From the NCBI RefSeq assembly GCF_009914755.1, contig NC_060936.1: 64,000 nucleotides of DNA; one strand, given 5' to 3'. The stretch comes from the human T2T-CHM13v2.0 reference genome, Homo sapiens. Position numbers and translations under genes: made by a program. The notes beneath the pieces are model-generated. The model searched no databases. It was given only the letters and a program-made list of their open reading frames with translations, and had not been told where the DNA came from. Of the stretch, positions 41,996 to 58,800 are shown in pieces (within the stretch, counting starts at the first letter, position 1; every line of letters starts with the position of its first letter).

Positions 41996-42794
41996 TAATC
42001 TGTGACTGGGGCACTTTTCTTTTTTTCTGTGCCTTGATGTCTTCATCTATAAAATGGGACTCATCGTCATCTGTAAAATGGTCCTTGCAAGCCACTGCAG
42101 GCTGACCCCAGTAAACCACCATAGACAATCTTTGTACCAAGTGAGAACAGAGGTACAAATGGCACTTCATCTTATAGGTGAAGGTGAAGATCAGATGAGG
42201 TAATAGATATAAAGGCGTAGAACAGTGCCTGGTGCAGAGAAAGCTTAGATCAGTGTCAGAGGCTGCGATTACCATGATTATTACAATTAAGATGATTATG
42301 ACTCTAAAATAATCCCCCGGTGTATTAACTAATTGTGGAGGTGCCGAATGCTGCCTCCACAAAGGCAAAGTACAGTTGCACCCAGAAAGGCCCCCACTCT
42401 TGGCCTAGCTCAGAGGCAGAGGGGCTGGACTGCGTGACCCCCTAGGGTCATTGCCAGAATGGGGCTCCTGAAGCAACACCCCCAAATTTAGATACAGGAG
42501 AAGGAATCTTTCTAGATGTGGGTGTCCTCTCTGAGGTGGGCCCTGCAGGAGGCCTTCAGACATCCAATATCAGTCAAACCTCCCAGATGCCCTGAGCAGC
42601 AGGAATCAGGCCCAGAGAGGGTGAGAAACCCATCTTAGGTCACACAGCCAGGAGAAAGATGGGCCCAGGTCAGGTCACTTTCCCTCTAGCCTGTCTCCTG
42701 TTCCATAAAATGGGTTCTTGTAACATCCACCTTGTTTATCCTGGGGGGATGGGTGAAGAACCAATGTGATCACCCAGTTGAAAGAAATTTGCCT

Positions 42795-43875
<1,081 letters not shown>

Positions 43876-43919
43876 TGAAACTCACCATCTAGCGGAAGAG
43901 ACAGACCTGTGGAAATAAC

Positions 43920-44685
43920 CAGGGCTGTGCTGGTAAATGCTGAACAACTAGCTGGCTGGGAGGAGCCCTGATCTGTAGCATCTGCTCATTTCTGTGGTGT
44001 AAATATTCCCACCGTGGCCAATTTCAAGCTGCAAACATGATGTCGTTGACAGGGGGCTGGGAAGAGATGTGCAGAACATTATAGAGTGTTTCCAGCACAC
44101 ACACAGTAGATGGAAAAAACCTCAGAGCACAGACAGCAGTGGAATGTAGTCAAATAATTAGGAAGTCATGAGCATTGAGTATGTATTGCCTTTTTTTCAA
44201 ATTTTGTATTCTGGTAAAATACACGTAACATAAAATTTACCGTCTTAACCATTTTTAAGTGTACAGTTCAATGAGTTAAGTACACTCGCCCTGTTGTGCA
44301 ACCAACACCACCATCCATCTCCAGAACTCTTTTTATCTTGCAAAACTGAAACTTCCACCCATTGAATACTAATTCCCCCCATTCCTCTCCCCCAGCCCCT
44401 GGCACCCACCATTCTACCTTCTGTCCCTATGCATTTGACTACTCCAGGGACCTCCTATAAGTGGCACCATACAGTATTTGTCCTTTCGTGACTGGCTTAT
44501 TTGGCTGAGCTTAATGTCCTCAAGGTTCACACATGTGGTATTACATTTATGTTTAACAAAATTTGTTTAGTTGTAGGTTTATATGATTTAATTTTGTGGC
44601 TGTGTTTAACAACCAGATTGCAAAATTTCTGAAAATGTAAAATTGCTTTGTAAGCCACTGCAGGCTGACCCCAGTAAACTACCAC
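43920..44685 (+). mobile_element. hAT-Tip100-type (Arthur1/Zaphod-like) element interrupted by an L1MB 3' end (44195-44545, minus)
   Basis: gctggtaaatgctgaacaac...tggtgtaaatattcccaccgtggccaatttcaagct; 3' end tttaacaaccagattgcaaaatttctgaaaat. A related fragment lies in reverse at 59400-59530. Confidence 0.55.
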
Positions 44686-45000
44686 AGACAATCCTTGTAA
44701 CAAGTGAGAACAGAGGTGCAATTGCATGCTTTAGGTCAGAAGTCAGCAGACTGTGGCCATTGGGCTAAAGCCTATCTTTGTAAATAAAGTTTTATTAGAA
44801 CACAGTCCATTTGTATCCATGGGTTCCATGAACTCAACCAGCCTCAGATCAGCAATATTTTTTAAACCACTAAAAAATAATAGTACAACAATTAAAAATA
44901 ATATAAATTTTAAAAATACAGTATAACAGCTATTTATATAACATTTACATTTTATTAGGAATCATAAGTCATCTAGAGATGATTTAAAGTATACAGGAGG

Positions 45001-45390
45001 GGCCAGGTGCAGTGGCTCATGCCTGTAATCCCAGCACTTTGGGAGGCTGGGGCAGGTAGATCATGAAGTCAAGAGATCATGACCAACCTGGCCAACATGG
45101 TGAAACCCTGTCTCTACTAAAAATACAGAAATTAGCTGGGTGTGGTGGTGCGCCCCTGTAGTCTCAACTACTCGAGAGGCTGAGGCAGGAGAATTGCTTG
45201 AACCTTTGTAAAAGAACACAATATTCTCAGGATTCTCCAGAATATTCAACAACAGCCCAGATGTCAGATAACCAGCCCTGAGTATGACACTCAATCAGTG
45301 TCATACAGAGGCAGAGGTTGCAGTGAGCCGAGATCGCGCCACTGCACTCCAGCCTGGTGACAGAGTGAGACTCCATCTGAAAAAAAAATA
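45001..45390 (+). mobile_element. AluS-like interrupted by a ~100-bp templated insertion (45205-45307)
   Basis: Alu breaks at gcttgaacc and resumes at gaggcagaggttgcag; TSD tatacaggagg. Confidence 0.93.
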
Positions 45391-45408
45391 TATATATATA
45401 TACAGGAG

Positions 45409-45702
45409 GGTTGGGCACAATGGTTCACACCTGTAATCCCAGCAGTTTGGGAGGCTGAGGCAGGAGGATTGCTTGAGACCAGCATGGGCAACATAGTGAT
45501 ACCCCTTCTCTACAAAAATTTTTTAAAAATTAGCTGGGCGTGGTGGTGCACACCTGTAGTCCCAGCAACTCAGGAGGCTGAGGTGAGAAGATTGCTTGAG
45601 CCCAGGAGTTTGAAGCTACAGTGAGCTGTGACAACCACTGTACTCCAGTCTGGGCAACAGAACAAAACCTTGTCTCAAAAAATAAAATAAAATATAAATA
45701 AA
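45409..45702 (+). mobile_element. AluJ-like
   Basis: Dimeric Alu with (TAAAA)n tail. Confidence 0.9.
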
Positions 45703-47861
45703 AGTATACAGGAGGATGTGCGTAGATTATATGCAAACAATACACCATTTTGTATAAAGGATTTGAGCATCGGAGGATTTTGGTATCCTCAGGGTGTCCT
45801 GAAATCAATTCCCCATGGATACTGAGGTACGGCTGTTGATAGCTCAGAACCTATCTAGCCCACAAAGATGAATATATCTGACCCCTTACAGGGAAAGTTT
45901 GCCAGCCCCTGCTTTTAGGTGTGGAGGGAATGGGAGAAATTTAATCACCTTATTCATTCACATATTCATTCATTCATTTCCTTAGCAAATATTTACAGAG
46001 CACCTACTGCCAGGCACTGCTATAGACACAGAAGCAAATAAGACAAAGACGAGTCCCTCACAGAGCTGACCCTTTCGCGGGAAGACAGTTGTAATTCAGA
46101 CACTCGCACATCAAGTAAATATATAATTCCAACTGTACCAGGGACCTTCCTGGGGCTATGAGAGCATCCTGGGATGTCAAGGAGGGCTTCCAGGAGGAAG
46201 TGACCTGTGTATGAATTGAAGCAAGAGTAGGGACATTCTAGTCACAGGAAGAGAGGAACGGCATGCCAGGTAAAAGGAATAGCAGGTACAAATGCCCCAA
46301 GGCAGGAGGCAAGTGGGAATTGCAGGGCCTGAAAGCCAATGAGAGGTGGTCTGAGCTCCCAGGTCTGCTCCTGTGCCCTGGCCCCCAGTCTCTCCATATC
46401 TGCTCTGCCAAGCACAGCATCATCTTGAGCCAGGTGTCTCTGGCTCGCTGGCCACCATTGCCTCCCTACCCTTGCAGACCGCCTCTTAAATTCTGTTTAT
46501 TCTCCCTCCTGGCCCTGGAGTCCACACTGCAACAGACAAAGGTTCTTATTTATTTCATTCCTGAGGTTTATAAACTCCTGCCCTATAATAAAATCACTCT
46601 CACCACAAGCACAAAATAATAACACTTAATTAAAATACATAAAACCAAAGACTGGCAGAATCCAGTGAAGATTAAAATCAACTGAATCCTACGGCCCAGA
46701 ACTGAGCAGAGGTCCTGCCCTGAGACCCAGGGACTGAGACACAGAGATGGGGTGAGGGAGATGGGAGGGGGCGGGGGAGCAAGGGGAGTTCCTATTTCTT
46801 GAGCACTGATTGAGTGTCATACTCAGGGCTGGTTATCCGACATCTGGGCTGTTGTGGAATATTCTGGAGAATCCTGAGAACATTGTGTTTCTTTTACAAA
46901 GGGGAAACTGATACTCTGATTGAGACACCAAGATCACATACTGAGAAGTTGAAGAGCTAGAATTTGAACCCAGGCCTGTCTGCATTAGTCAAAATGGGCT
47001 CGTTTCTGTTGTAACAACTTCAAACACAGATGAGGTTACATCACAGTCTAGCGCTGGTTGATAGAAGTTGTGGTGGGGGAGGCTCTGATCCATGCAGTCA
47101 TTCAGGGATCCAGGCGTCTACCATCATCTGGTAGGTGGGAAAAGAGGAAAACATGATGGCCCTCCTAGGAGGTTCTCAGGGACCAAAACTGGAAGTGGTC
47201 ACATCATTTCTGCCCACATTCATTTGTCCAGAACTCTGTTACAAAACCATACCCAATTTCAAGGCTATAGTCTAACATTATATGCCCAAGAGTGGGTAAA
47301 AAAACAGAATTAAGTTAGCACATAACCCTGTCTGCTGCCCTGTGGACTCCCTCACAGATAGAGCACCTCACTCACTGTCAGGGAATAGGACAGAGCCCTG
47401 AATACACAGCCTTGCACACAGTGGTACATTTTGGACAGGTGAATGGGAATGAAACCCAAGAGGCCTGCCAAATTCAGGGAGCAGCAAAGCAGGAGCAAGG
47501 AGGGACTGTTAACAATTTGGCAGATGTTATAAAGCTCCTACTATGCATTCTTCCCTGTGCTGAGCTGGCTAGAGAAAGAGATGAACTCTGTTCAGCAAGG
47601 AGGCTGAGCCACCATTGGGATCCCATGCCCAAGGTCCACTTAAAAAAAAGCCAGTGTGCAGTAGGAACAAATGTCCCAGGTGTACCAATGAGAGTGGTTA
47701 TTTTTTGGGCAGGCAATCAGAGAAGACTTCTGGAGGAAGTGAGGTCCCAGCTGAGATTAGGAAGATTGGGCAGGATGGAACATGGGGAATGAAGAGTGGT
47801 GGTGAGCACAGGTCTTGGCATCAGGCAGACCTGGGTTCAAGACCAGTTTGAACACCGGTGA

Positions 47862-48230
<369 letters not shown>

Positions 48231-48615
48231 TAAAACGGTACCTAGTACATAGGTTTGTCAAGAGGTTGAGTGAGCTGGTAATGCATATCAAGTGTTCAGC
48301 ATGATACTAGCACAAAGAAAGCTTAAAATGAATAATTATTCCCGGATGGCTATTTAGTGAGCAGTGCTGGGAGGCGGGGCTGGGGGAGAGGACAAGGCCA
48401 GGAAACACACATGGGCAGGACACCAGGGTCCTGAATGCCAAGTTAAGTCTGCAGTTTGTCTGTGGGCAGAGGGAGGTACCACAGAAGCTTTTTGGATATA
48501 TAAGGAAGGATGACCGGAAACCAAGTTCCAGAAAGATCTCTCTGGAGGTGTACAGGCAGGAGGGGGCTGACTCAGAGTTGGGTTGTGCTTTGGAGCACTT
48601 AAGAATGAGACGAGC

Positions 48616-49039
<424 letters not shown>

Positions 49040-50042
49040 TCAGGTTTTGGGGGCCAGTGGGACATGACACCATTAGCAGAAGAGGACCTGGCTTCAGGGA
49101 AACAAGCCCCTTTGTTGGATACCCAACCTGTGAGATTCAGTCTGGGAATCCTCCAGGAGCCAGTGGGACCTGGCACGGCCCCAGGTCTGCCTCTCGTCAG
49201 CCATATGACCTTAGGCAAGTCATCTCCCCTCCTTGAGCCTCATCTTTCCTATCTGGAAAAGGGGGGATAGTATTTGTCCTTCCCTGATAGGGTTGTTGTT
49301 GGAGGATTCCATGACACTATGCCTAGCACATAGTAGATGCTCAAGAAATGATCCTTGTTATCACCATCATTTTTCCCATTGAGACCAAACACTGGGCTAA
49401 GAAAGGGCTCGTGCTGAACCAACAGATTCCTCAAACACGCTGCAGACCAAGAATACTGTTCCTAGGAACATCAGTAGCCACAGCAGCCAGATCTCCTGGG
49501 TCTCAGTATATATCAGGCTCTCTGCTAAGCTTGCTACACATACTGACTTTAGAAATCATTGTCACAAGCCCCTGGGATAGGGGTTATTATTATGCCTGTT
49601 GTAGAGATGAGTGACTGAGGCGTAAAGACCAGGCAGGTAGGAGATGGGACGATCAGCGCAGGGGCCTCAGTTACACAGAGCAGATCTGCTTGCAAGGTGG
49701 ATAATCATGCTCAGGTCACATGGAGTGTCAGGTCCAGCTCTGAACCCCGTGCCCTGGGGTGAGACAGGGAGAGAGAGAGTCTACAGGAGGCTTCAGGACC
49801 ACAGGCTGAGGCCTGATTGGCACTGGTTCAAGAGAAATGCCCAGAAGACAAGAAAAAGAAATAAATAATACATCGAGAGGCAATAGGAATTTTATGTTCA
49901 ATATAATAGGGGGAGACCTGGGTTCAAACTCTGCCACTGCACTAGCAGCTTTGAGTTATCAATCTGCGTTTTAGTATTCTTTTCCATGAGGATTTCAAAA
50001 ATAATTGTCTGAGAAATGTTGCCTCCTAAAAGCGGCAAAAGC

Positions 50043-50388
<346 letters not shown>

Positions 50389-51037
50389 TTATTATATCCA
50401 TCCCCCATCACCTGACAGCTTGACCCCGATTTATCCCAGGTAGCGAGCTGCTGTGCCAGGCTTCTGAGCCTTTGTACATTCTGTTCCCTTCTCCCAGGAT
50501 GCTTTTCCTCCTCTAAGCCCCCTGGCAAATCCTCAATTGTCCTTCAAGACTCCACTCAAATGTGGCCTTGGCTGTGAGACTTCATGATCCCCTAGGTCCC
50601 TGTCCTCACCTGGGCCTCCTGAATGATGGGCGTCCCCACCTTGCCTTCACAACCGTGCCCGACTCGAAGGGCAACAGTGGGCTGTCCACGTCCCTGTCTC
50701 TCCTGAACATAACTCAGGCATCACAGAATCCAGCCCCTTGCTTCCCAGATGAATTTATCCAGCAGCCCAAGTGAGCTGTTTAGAAACAGGTATCACATGG
50801 CACGCCTCCCTGTTTAAAACCTCTGGGAACTTCCAGTGGTACCCAGAATGAAACCCAGACCTCCGGCCACCACCTCCAAGACCATCTGCTCTCCAGCCCC
50901 TGCCTTGCTGCCCACTTGTGCCCCTTCCCTCTTCTCACCCGTCATTGCACTTCTTTGAAAATGCTGTCCTCAACTCAGGGCCTTTGCACCTGTTCTTCCC
51001 TCTGCTCTTCCCCTGCCCCCGTTTCTCCCCCTGAATG

Positions 51038-51239
51038 CAGGGGTTCTGAGTGCTGGCACTATGGACACTTTGGACTGGATGATTCCTTGTGGTGGGGGTG
51101 CCCTGTACATTGTAGGATGTTAGCAGCATCCCCCACTCCCCACTAGATGCCAGGAGCACCTTCCTCAGCTGTGACAACCGAAAATGTCTCCAGACGTTGC
51201 TAGATGTCCCCTCGGGGACCAAATCACCAAGAACCACTG
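51038..51239 (+). mobile_element. MER20 hAT-Charlie element
   Basis: caggggttct...tgtaggatgttagcagcatccc...gtgacaaccgaaaatgtctccagac...agaaccactg. Confidence 0.85.
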
Positions 51240-51937
51240 ACCTAACACCTACGTGTCTTTCAGATCTTTGTTCAAGTGTCACTGCCTTGGGAAGGCCTTC
51301 ATGACTTACCCAAATTCAAGCAGACCTCCCCAGTACATGCCTTCCCAGGACCTTTTACAACGCTTAGCACAGTCTGTAATTATATGTTTGTTTGCCTAAT
51401 TACTCACATAGTACTTGTCCCTCCCACTTAACCAAAGGAAGGAGGCAGCATTTTGTAGACTGTGATGTTCCTGGGTCCCTCACGGTGCCTGACACACAAC
51501 AGGTGCTGAGTAAATAGTTATTAAGTGACTGTTGACACATAATAATGTTGGCAGACATTGCTGTAGCCGTTTCTATGTTCCAGACAACACTCTAGGTCTT
51601 TTGCAGATACCACTTCATTATCCTCCATGACTCCCCTTTAAGGGAGATGTTGTTATTCTCAACATTTTACAGATGAGATGAATGAGGCACAGAGAGGTTA
51701 GGTAACTTACCCAAGGTCACACAGCTGGTGGCATGTGGCAGAGACAAGATTTGAACCCAGGCAGTCTGGCTCAAGAGTCCTTGCCCTTAACTATTATTTA
51801 TTAAGTGCCTACTATGTGCCGAGCTCTGGGGATACAGCAGTGAACAAGAACTACATAACCTAGTTTTTATGTATATATAAATACATCCACATACACACAC
51901 ACACATGAATTCCACTCAGGTCTCAAAAGGTGGCTCT

Positions 51938-52239
<302 letters not shown>

Positions 52240-52389
52240 TGGCTCAATTTACAGGTGCAGACACTCAGGCACAGAGACACTCAAACGTTGGCCAAGATCA
52301 CACAGCCAGTTGGCAGCAGAACGCCTCTCCTTATTCTAGTCTTTGTGTGTGTCTCCTACTATACCATGTGTCCACAGGCTAGGGACACT

Positions 52390-52870
52390 TTGACAGTTTA
52401 ACCAGTCAATTACAATAATATTTTTCTCTCAGAATGTTTAAAAGAAAAAAAAAGTTGGTTTGCAGAAGTATAATCATGGCTCAGAGGCCAAGCTGACATT
52501 AGTTATTAATTAGGCCATTATGCATTCCACAGTGATAATTGCCTTGCTGCAGAGTCACCAAGCATGAAACGGACCCAGCACAGAAACACAATCTATCAAT
52601 CTGAGAAGTCGCAGCCCAGTTGCGTTCTCTCACCTTGAGTCGGGTGTACGCCTTAGCAGGAAACAAAAAGAAATTAATGATACATCGACAGGCAATAGGA
52701 AGCCGGACCCCTCACCAGTCCTGGCCCCAGGGTGGTTTTGTACCTGGCTGTAGGGATGGCATTTAAGCAAAGTTTATCATCGAAAATGGCCAATTCCCTT
52801 TGATTTAGCTGGTGGCAATCTTTTCATCTCCTTCCCTTTTTTTCCCATCTTGTTATTTAGGGAGAGAGGG
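52390..52870. promoter_or_regulatory. Candidate intronic enhancer
   Basis: TTAATTAG and ATTATGCAT cluster at ~52500-52525, ATCAAT ~52595, TCF/LEF-type CCTTTGAT at 52797. Confidence 0.5.
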
Positions 52871-54157
52871 AAAAGCCATTTCTCTTCCATCTGTTTGTCT
52901 CGCCTGTTGCTTTCTACAATGAGTGGGGTGGGGGAATGGCACCTGCCAGGGCTACCTGGGCCATCAGGAGTAAGTGCAGCATCTCTGTCTGTGTTCTGTG
53001 TCTGTCTGGGTTCTATCCCTGGTGTTGGTCGGGGAGGGAAGGAGACCCCCCTGCACCTGGAGCATTATCCTGGGGTCCTCCACAAAGACAGGGTCATTGT
53101 CAAGGGCAGCTGGAGGACAGTTTTAAGTGAAAACTTTGGGGTGCAAGAAACAAAAATGCGGCCAAGTGAGCTTCACAGCAGAATTGGTTATAATATTAGC
53201 TGTGCGCCAGCTATGCAGACCGTATCCTTCATTTAGTCCTCAGCAGTCCTGTGAGGGAAGTATTGCTATTCTCGCCACTTTACAGATGAAGAAACTGAGG
53301 CTTATCAAGGTGAGAGGATTTGCTTGAGGCCTCACAGCCAATGGTGGAGCTGGGATTTGAGCCCAGGCTCACTAGCACAGTGCTGTCCTGTGGCTCTCTG
53401 GCATGAGAGGCCAGACAAAGCAAAACTGGGCCTCCCAGAGGGTGGGACAAGCACCCAGGTGAACAGCCCAGAACCAAGGTGGGTGCTTCCCCCACAAGGG
53501 CTAGGGTCCCCCCTCCAGCCCTCTCTCTAGTCTGGCTTTCTCAGCTGCCCCATAGACTTTGGTGGAAGGTACCCCCTGACAGCAGCTGCTTACCTTCTGG
53601 GTTCCCCCACAGCACTCAAGCTAACAACCCAGACCAGTCAAAATCAACCAGTTCTAAATACAAACTCCCGAGTTAATGAGTATCACCGGTCTAGCCTGAG
53701 ATCAGTGTCAGCCCCTGGTCCAATCGGCTGAGGTCAGGACAATGCCTCGGTGCAAAAATGGCCACCACAGCCAATCTTAGGGGAGGAAAGAAGATCACAA
53801 ATGAGCAGCCTGGCCATCCACCTCATCCACCCTCATGTCACTTACCACAGAGTTGTCCTAAAATTGAGTATGAATGCCTTGGATGGAGTCCAGTCTCCCC
53901 TCAGCCTCTCTTCTCATCTCCTCTGGGCTACTGCACCTCCTGGACTTAGCTACCTGTGAGGTTCCTGAAGACATTTGGGTTTTTGCTCTCTGGAGGAATG
54001 GTGGAGTGATTCTCAGCAAACAGAAATGTTAGGTATCTATTAATACCTCAGGGTCTAGAAAGCTCTGCAGGTGTGCCGATGCCAACCAGCCCCATGTCAG
54101 CAGTTGGGCAGAGATGCCACCAGGTAGAGCCACCCAGGAGGCTAGTGGAGAGGGGCC

Positions 54158-54569
54158 TGTCTTAGTCCGTTTTGTGTTGCTATCATAAAATACCTGAGGC
54201 TGGGTAATGTATAAAGAAAAGAGGGTTACTTGGCTCACCGTTCTGATGGCTGCAAAGTTCAAGTTTGGGAAGCCGCATCTGGTGAGGGCCACCTTCCTCT
54301 TGGGGTGGTAGGTGGAAGGGGAGAGGGCGTATGCAGAGATCACATGGTGAGAGAGGAAACAAGAGAGAGAAACCAAGGAAGCAAGACTCTTTCACAACCT
54401 GCTCTCAGGAAATAATCCATTCCCAAGAGAGGACATTAATCTATTCATGAGAGATCCACCCCCACGGCCCAAACACTTCTCACTAGGCCCCGACTCCCAA
54501 TACTGCTGCATTGGGGATCAAACTTCAACATGAGTTTTGATGGGGACAAGCCATGTCCAAACCATAGCA
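54158..54569 (-). mobile_element. MST-family (MaLR) solo LTR
   Basis: TG...CA termini (tgtcttagtccg ... ccaaaccatagca), 412 bp, 5-bp TSD gggcc/gagcc. Confidence 0.88.
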
Positions 54570-55489
54570 GAGCCCAATAGTCTGCAGTTTGTCCAGAAGT
54601 CAAGATAAAGAAATACATGCTGCTGAGAATGGGTTGCTTCCAGTTCTAGCCCATTGGAGCCAAGCCCTGATGTCATCTTGTTTCATTCTTCCACATGCTT
54701 TTCCTAGGATCAAGACTTAACACCCCCACCCCACCCCCAGGTTCCCTGTGAAAGGGGAGCACCTGCTCCAAGGAGCCCTACTCCAACAGTTGAGAGTTAA
54801 TTTTCATTTCAAACAACATGGCGGCCAAGACTGGATGTAGACATCCCACGTTGGCCCGACCCCATGGCTCATTCAACCCATGTTTCTGGCCAGGCCCTTG
54901 AGGGGCAGCTGGAGCAATCTGCTTCTTCCATGATACTGATCATCAGAACTTGGGCTGGCCAGCTTCCTGGGACCACCCCTGACAGCGTGACACTTTACAA
55001 AACTCAGCCTTCAGCTATGCAGTCTTAGGAAGCAGATCTCATGAGCTGACTCCTTATTGTGTGAAGTAGGACTCATGTCTCTGTTCTAAGTTTTCCTCTT
55101 TCAATGTACAAGATGGGCTGATAGTTTGAAAAGTCATGAAAAGACCATGTTTTCTCATCCTTGCTTTCTTTGCTTGACAGGGGCAGACATAATTGTTCAT
55201 CATTTCAACAAATATTTATTGGGCTTCTATTATGTGCCAGATGCTGTTCTAAGCAGTGAACAAAATGTTCTAGCAGAGTATGACAGATCAATAACAGTAT
55301 CACCTGCTATTTGTTGAGGACCTACTACTCACTTTGACACTGGGCCAAGCCCAATTCATTATCGCATTGAATCCTGGCCTGATACAGAACTGTTATTATC
55401 CCCATCTTACAGGGGAGGAAACCTTAAAGGTTGAGTGACTTTCCTAAGTTGCAACAGCAAATAAGTGATGAAACTGAATCCTTCAAGAC

Positions 55490-55687
55490 CAGAGGTTGGC
55501 AAATTATAGCCCGTGGGCCAAATAAAGTTTTATTGGAACACAGCCATGCACATTCGTTCACATATTTCCTGCAGCTGCTTTCCCACGACAAGGGCAGAGT
55601 TGAGGAGTTGCAACAGAGATCAGGTGGCCTGAAAAGCTGAAAATACTTGCTCCGTGGCTCTTGATGAAACAGGTTTGCTGATCTGTG
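55490..55687 (+). mobile_element. MER58A-like
   Basis: cagaggttggcaaa...aataaagttttattggaacacagcc. Confidence 0.8.
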
Positions 55688-55706
55688 TTCCTAGATTAGA
55701 TTTGTA

Positions 55707-56297
<591 letters not shown>

Positions 56298-56493
56298 TTT
56301 TCTTTTACTCTTTATTATGGAAAAAATCCAGCATACAAAAGTAAAGAGAATAAAATAATTGGTCAGTCCCATGGACCCAGTTTCAACAACTATTCCTGCA
56401 TAGCCACCTTCCTCTCACACCTCTAGATTATTTTGAAGAAAACTCAAGTCATTGTATCATTTTACCTGTAAATATTTTAGTATATATTTCTGA

Positions 56494-56856
<363 letters not shown>

Positions 56857-57268
56857 TAAGTAGAGTGATCAACTGTCACAGCTTGGCCCTGGACTGAGGG
56901 GTTCCCGGCAAGCAGAACTTTCAGTTTTAAAACTGGGAAGGTCTTGAGGTGCACAAATTTCCATGCTAAAACCAAGAAAGTCCCAGGCAAACTGAGACAA
57001 GTTGGTCAAGCCATGTCTTCTCATCTGTAAGCTCCCTGTCCATCCCTTCCTGTATGTGTGTGTGCATGTGTGTTCGTGAGCACATGTGCCTGCTCTTTGT
57101 ATGTGGAAGTGACCAGAACAGTTTTTCCTAAAAACTTTCCTCTGACTGCAGCTGATTGGACCAGGGGCTGATGCTGGTCTCAAGCTAAGCCAATGATATT
57201 CATTATCCCAGGAGTTTGAATTCAGAACTGGTTGGTTTTGACTGGTCTGGGTTATTAGCTTTTTGGGT

Positions 57269-57363
57269 TTTTTTTTGTTTTTGTTTTTTTAAAGAGGCAG
57301 AGTTCCCCAGGCTGGTCTCGAAATCCTGGGCTCAAGCAATCCTCCTACCTTGGCCTCCCAAAC
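57269..57363 (-). mobile_element. FLAM or Alu fragment
   Basis: ccaggctggtctcgaaatcctgggctcaagcaatcctcc. Confidence 0.8.
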
Positions 57364-58346
57364 TGGGTTGTTAGCATGGGTGCTGTAGGGTGAACCCAGA
57401 AGCTGAGGCAGCCATTGTGATGGGCACTTTCCACCCAGGAAGTGTGTGGGGCAGCTGAGAAAGTCGGCCTAGAGAGGGGGCTGCAGGAGGGACCTCACCC
57501 CTAGTGGGGAAGTACCCACCTTGGTTCTGGGCTGTTCTTCTGGGTGCTTGTCCCGTCCTCTGGGAAGCCCAGCTGTGCTTTCTCCAGCTCCCCATGTTGT
57601 CGCTAGATAGCACTGTGCTCATGAGCTTGGGTTCAATCCCAGCTCTGTCCGGAGCTGCAAGACATTGAGCAAGTTCCGTTACCTCTAGCTGAGATTTTGC
57701 TGATCACGACCCCGTGGTGTCATTTAACTTGTTCTTCCATCCTTGTATTTGCTATGTATGAGCAGTTGGATCTAGAGGCATGATCAGGTTCAGGTTCAAT
57801 GTTTTTAGCAAATCTACTTACAGGTAATGCTGGGCACTTCCATCAGGATTTTCCCAGTGTACAGCCTAGTCAATCCCAAGGCAGGGGCAGGGGGCAATTG
57901 GTAGCAAGGTCAGGACTGATCAGAACAGAACAGTTGAGGCTGCCTGGGGTTGCATAAACTCCTCTCCCCCAGGGTGTCAGGAAACCTCAGCCCATGTCAT
58001 TGGTCATTAATGAAAGCAGAAACCAGATTTCATTGCTGTGCAAGGTAATTAAATTACTTCAAAAATCTACTCACACATGATTATTTCCATGCTTCCCACC
58101 AAATACATGCCTCTCCCTCATTTGCTGCCATCCTGGGCTCTTAGCTGGGAGCAATGAAGGCTGTTGTGGGGGCTTCTCAAGGCTGCTTGTCTTTGAGAAA
58201 CAGAATGAAAAATGGGGTCCCCATCCAAGCCCCCCTACTCTGAGAAATGGAAGCAACTTCTCCCCACAGAGCATAGGGGATACAGCACCATTTGTATTTC
58301 CAACCCAAGGTGAACTGTTCTTGGTATTTTTTTCCCTTATAAATCA

Positions 58347-58800
<454 letters not shown>

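Larger units (their letters stand above)
44803..45835 (-). mobile_element. MER2 (Tigger-derived) split by two Alus, nested in a MER58-like element (44733-45910)
   Basis: tctagagatgatttaaagtatacaggagg ... ttttggtatcc...cccccatggatactgagg. Confidence 0.75.
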
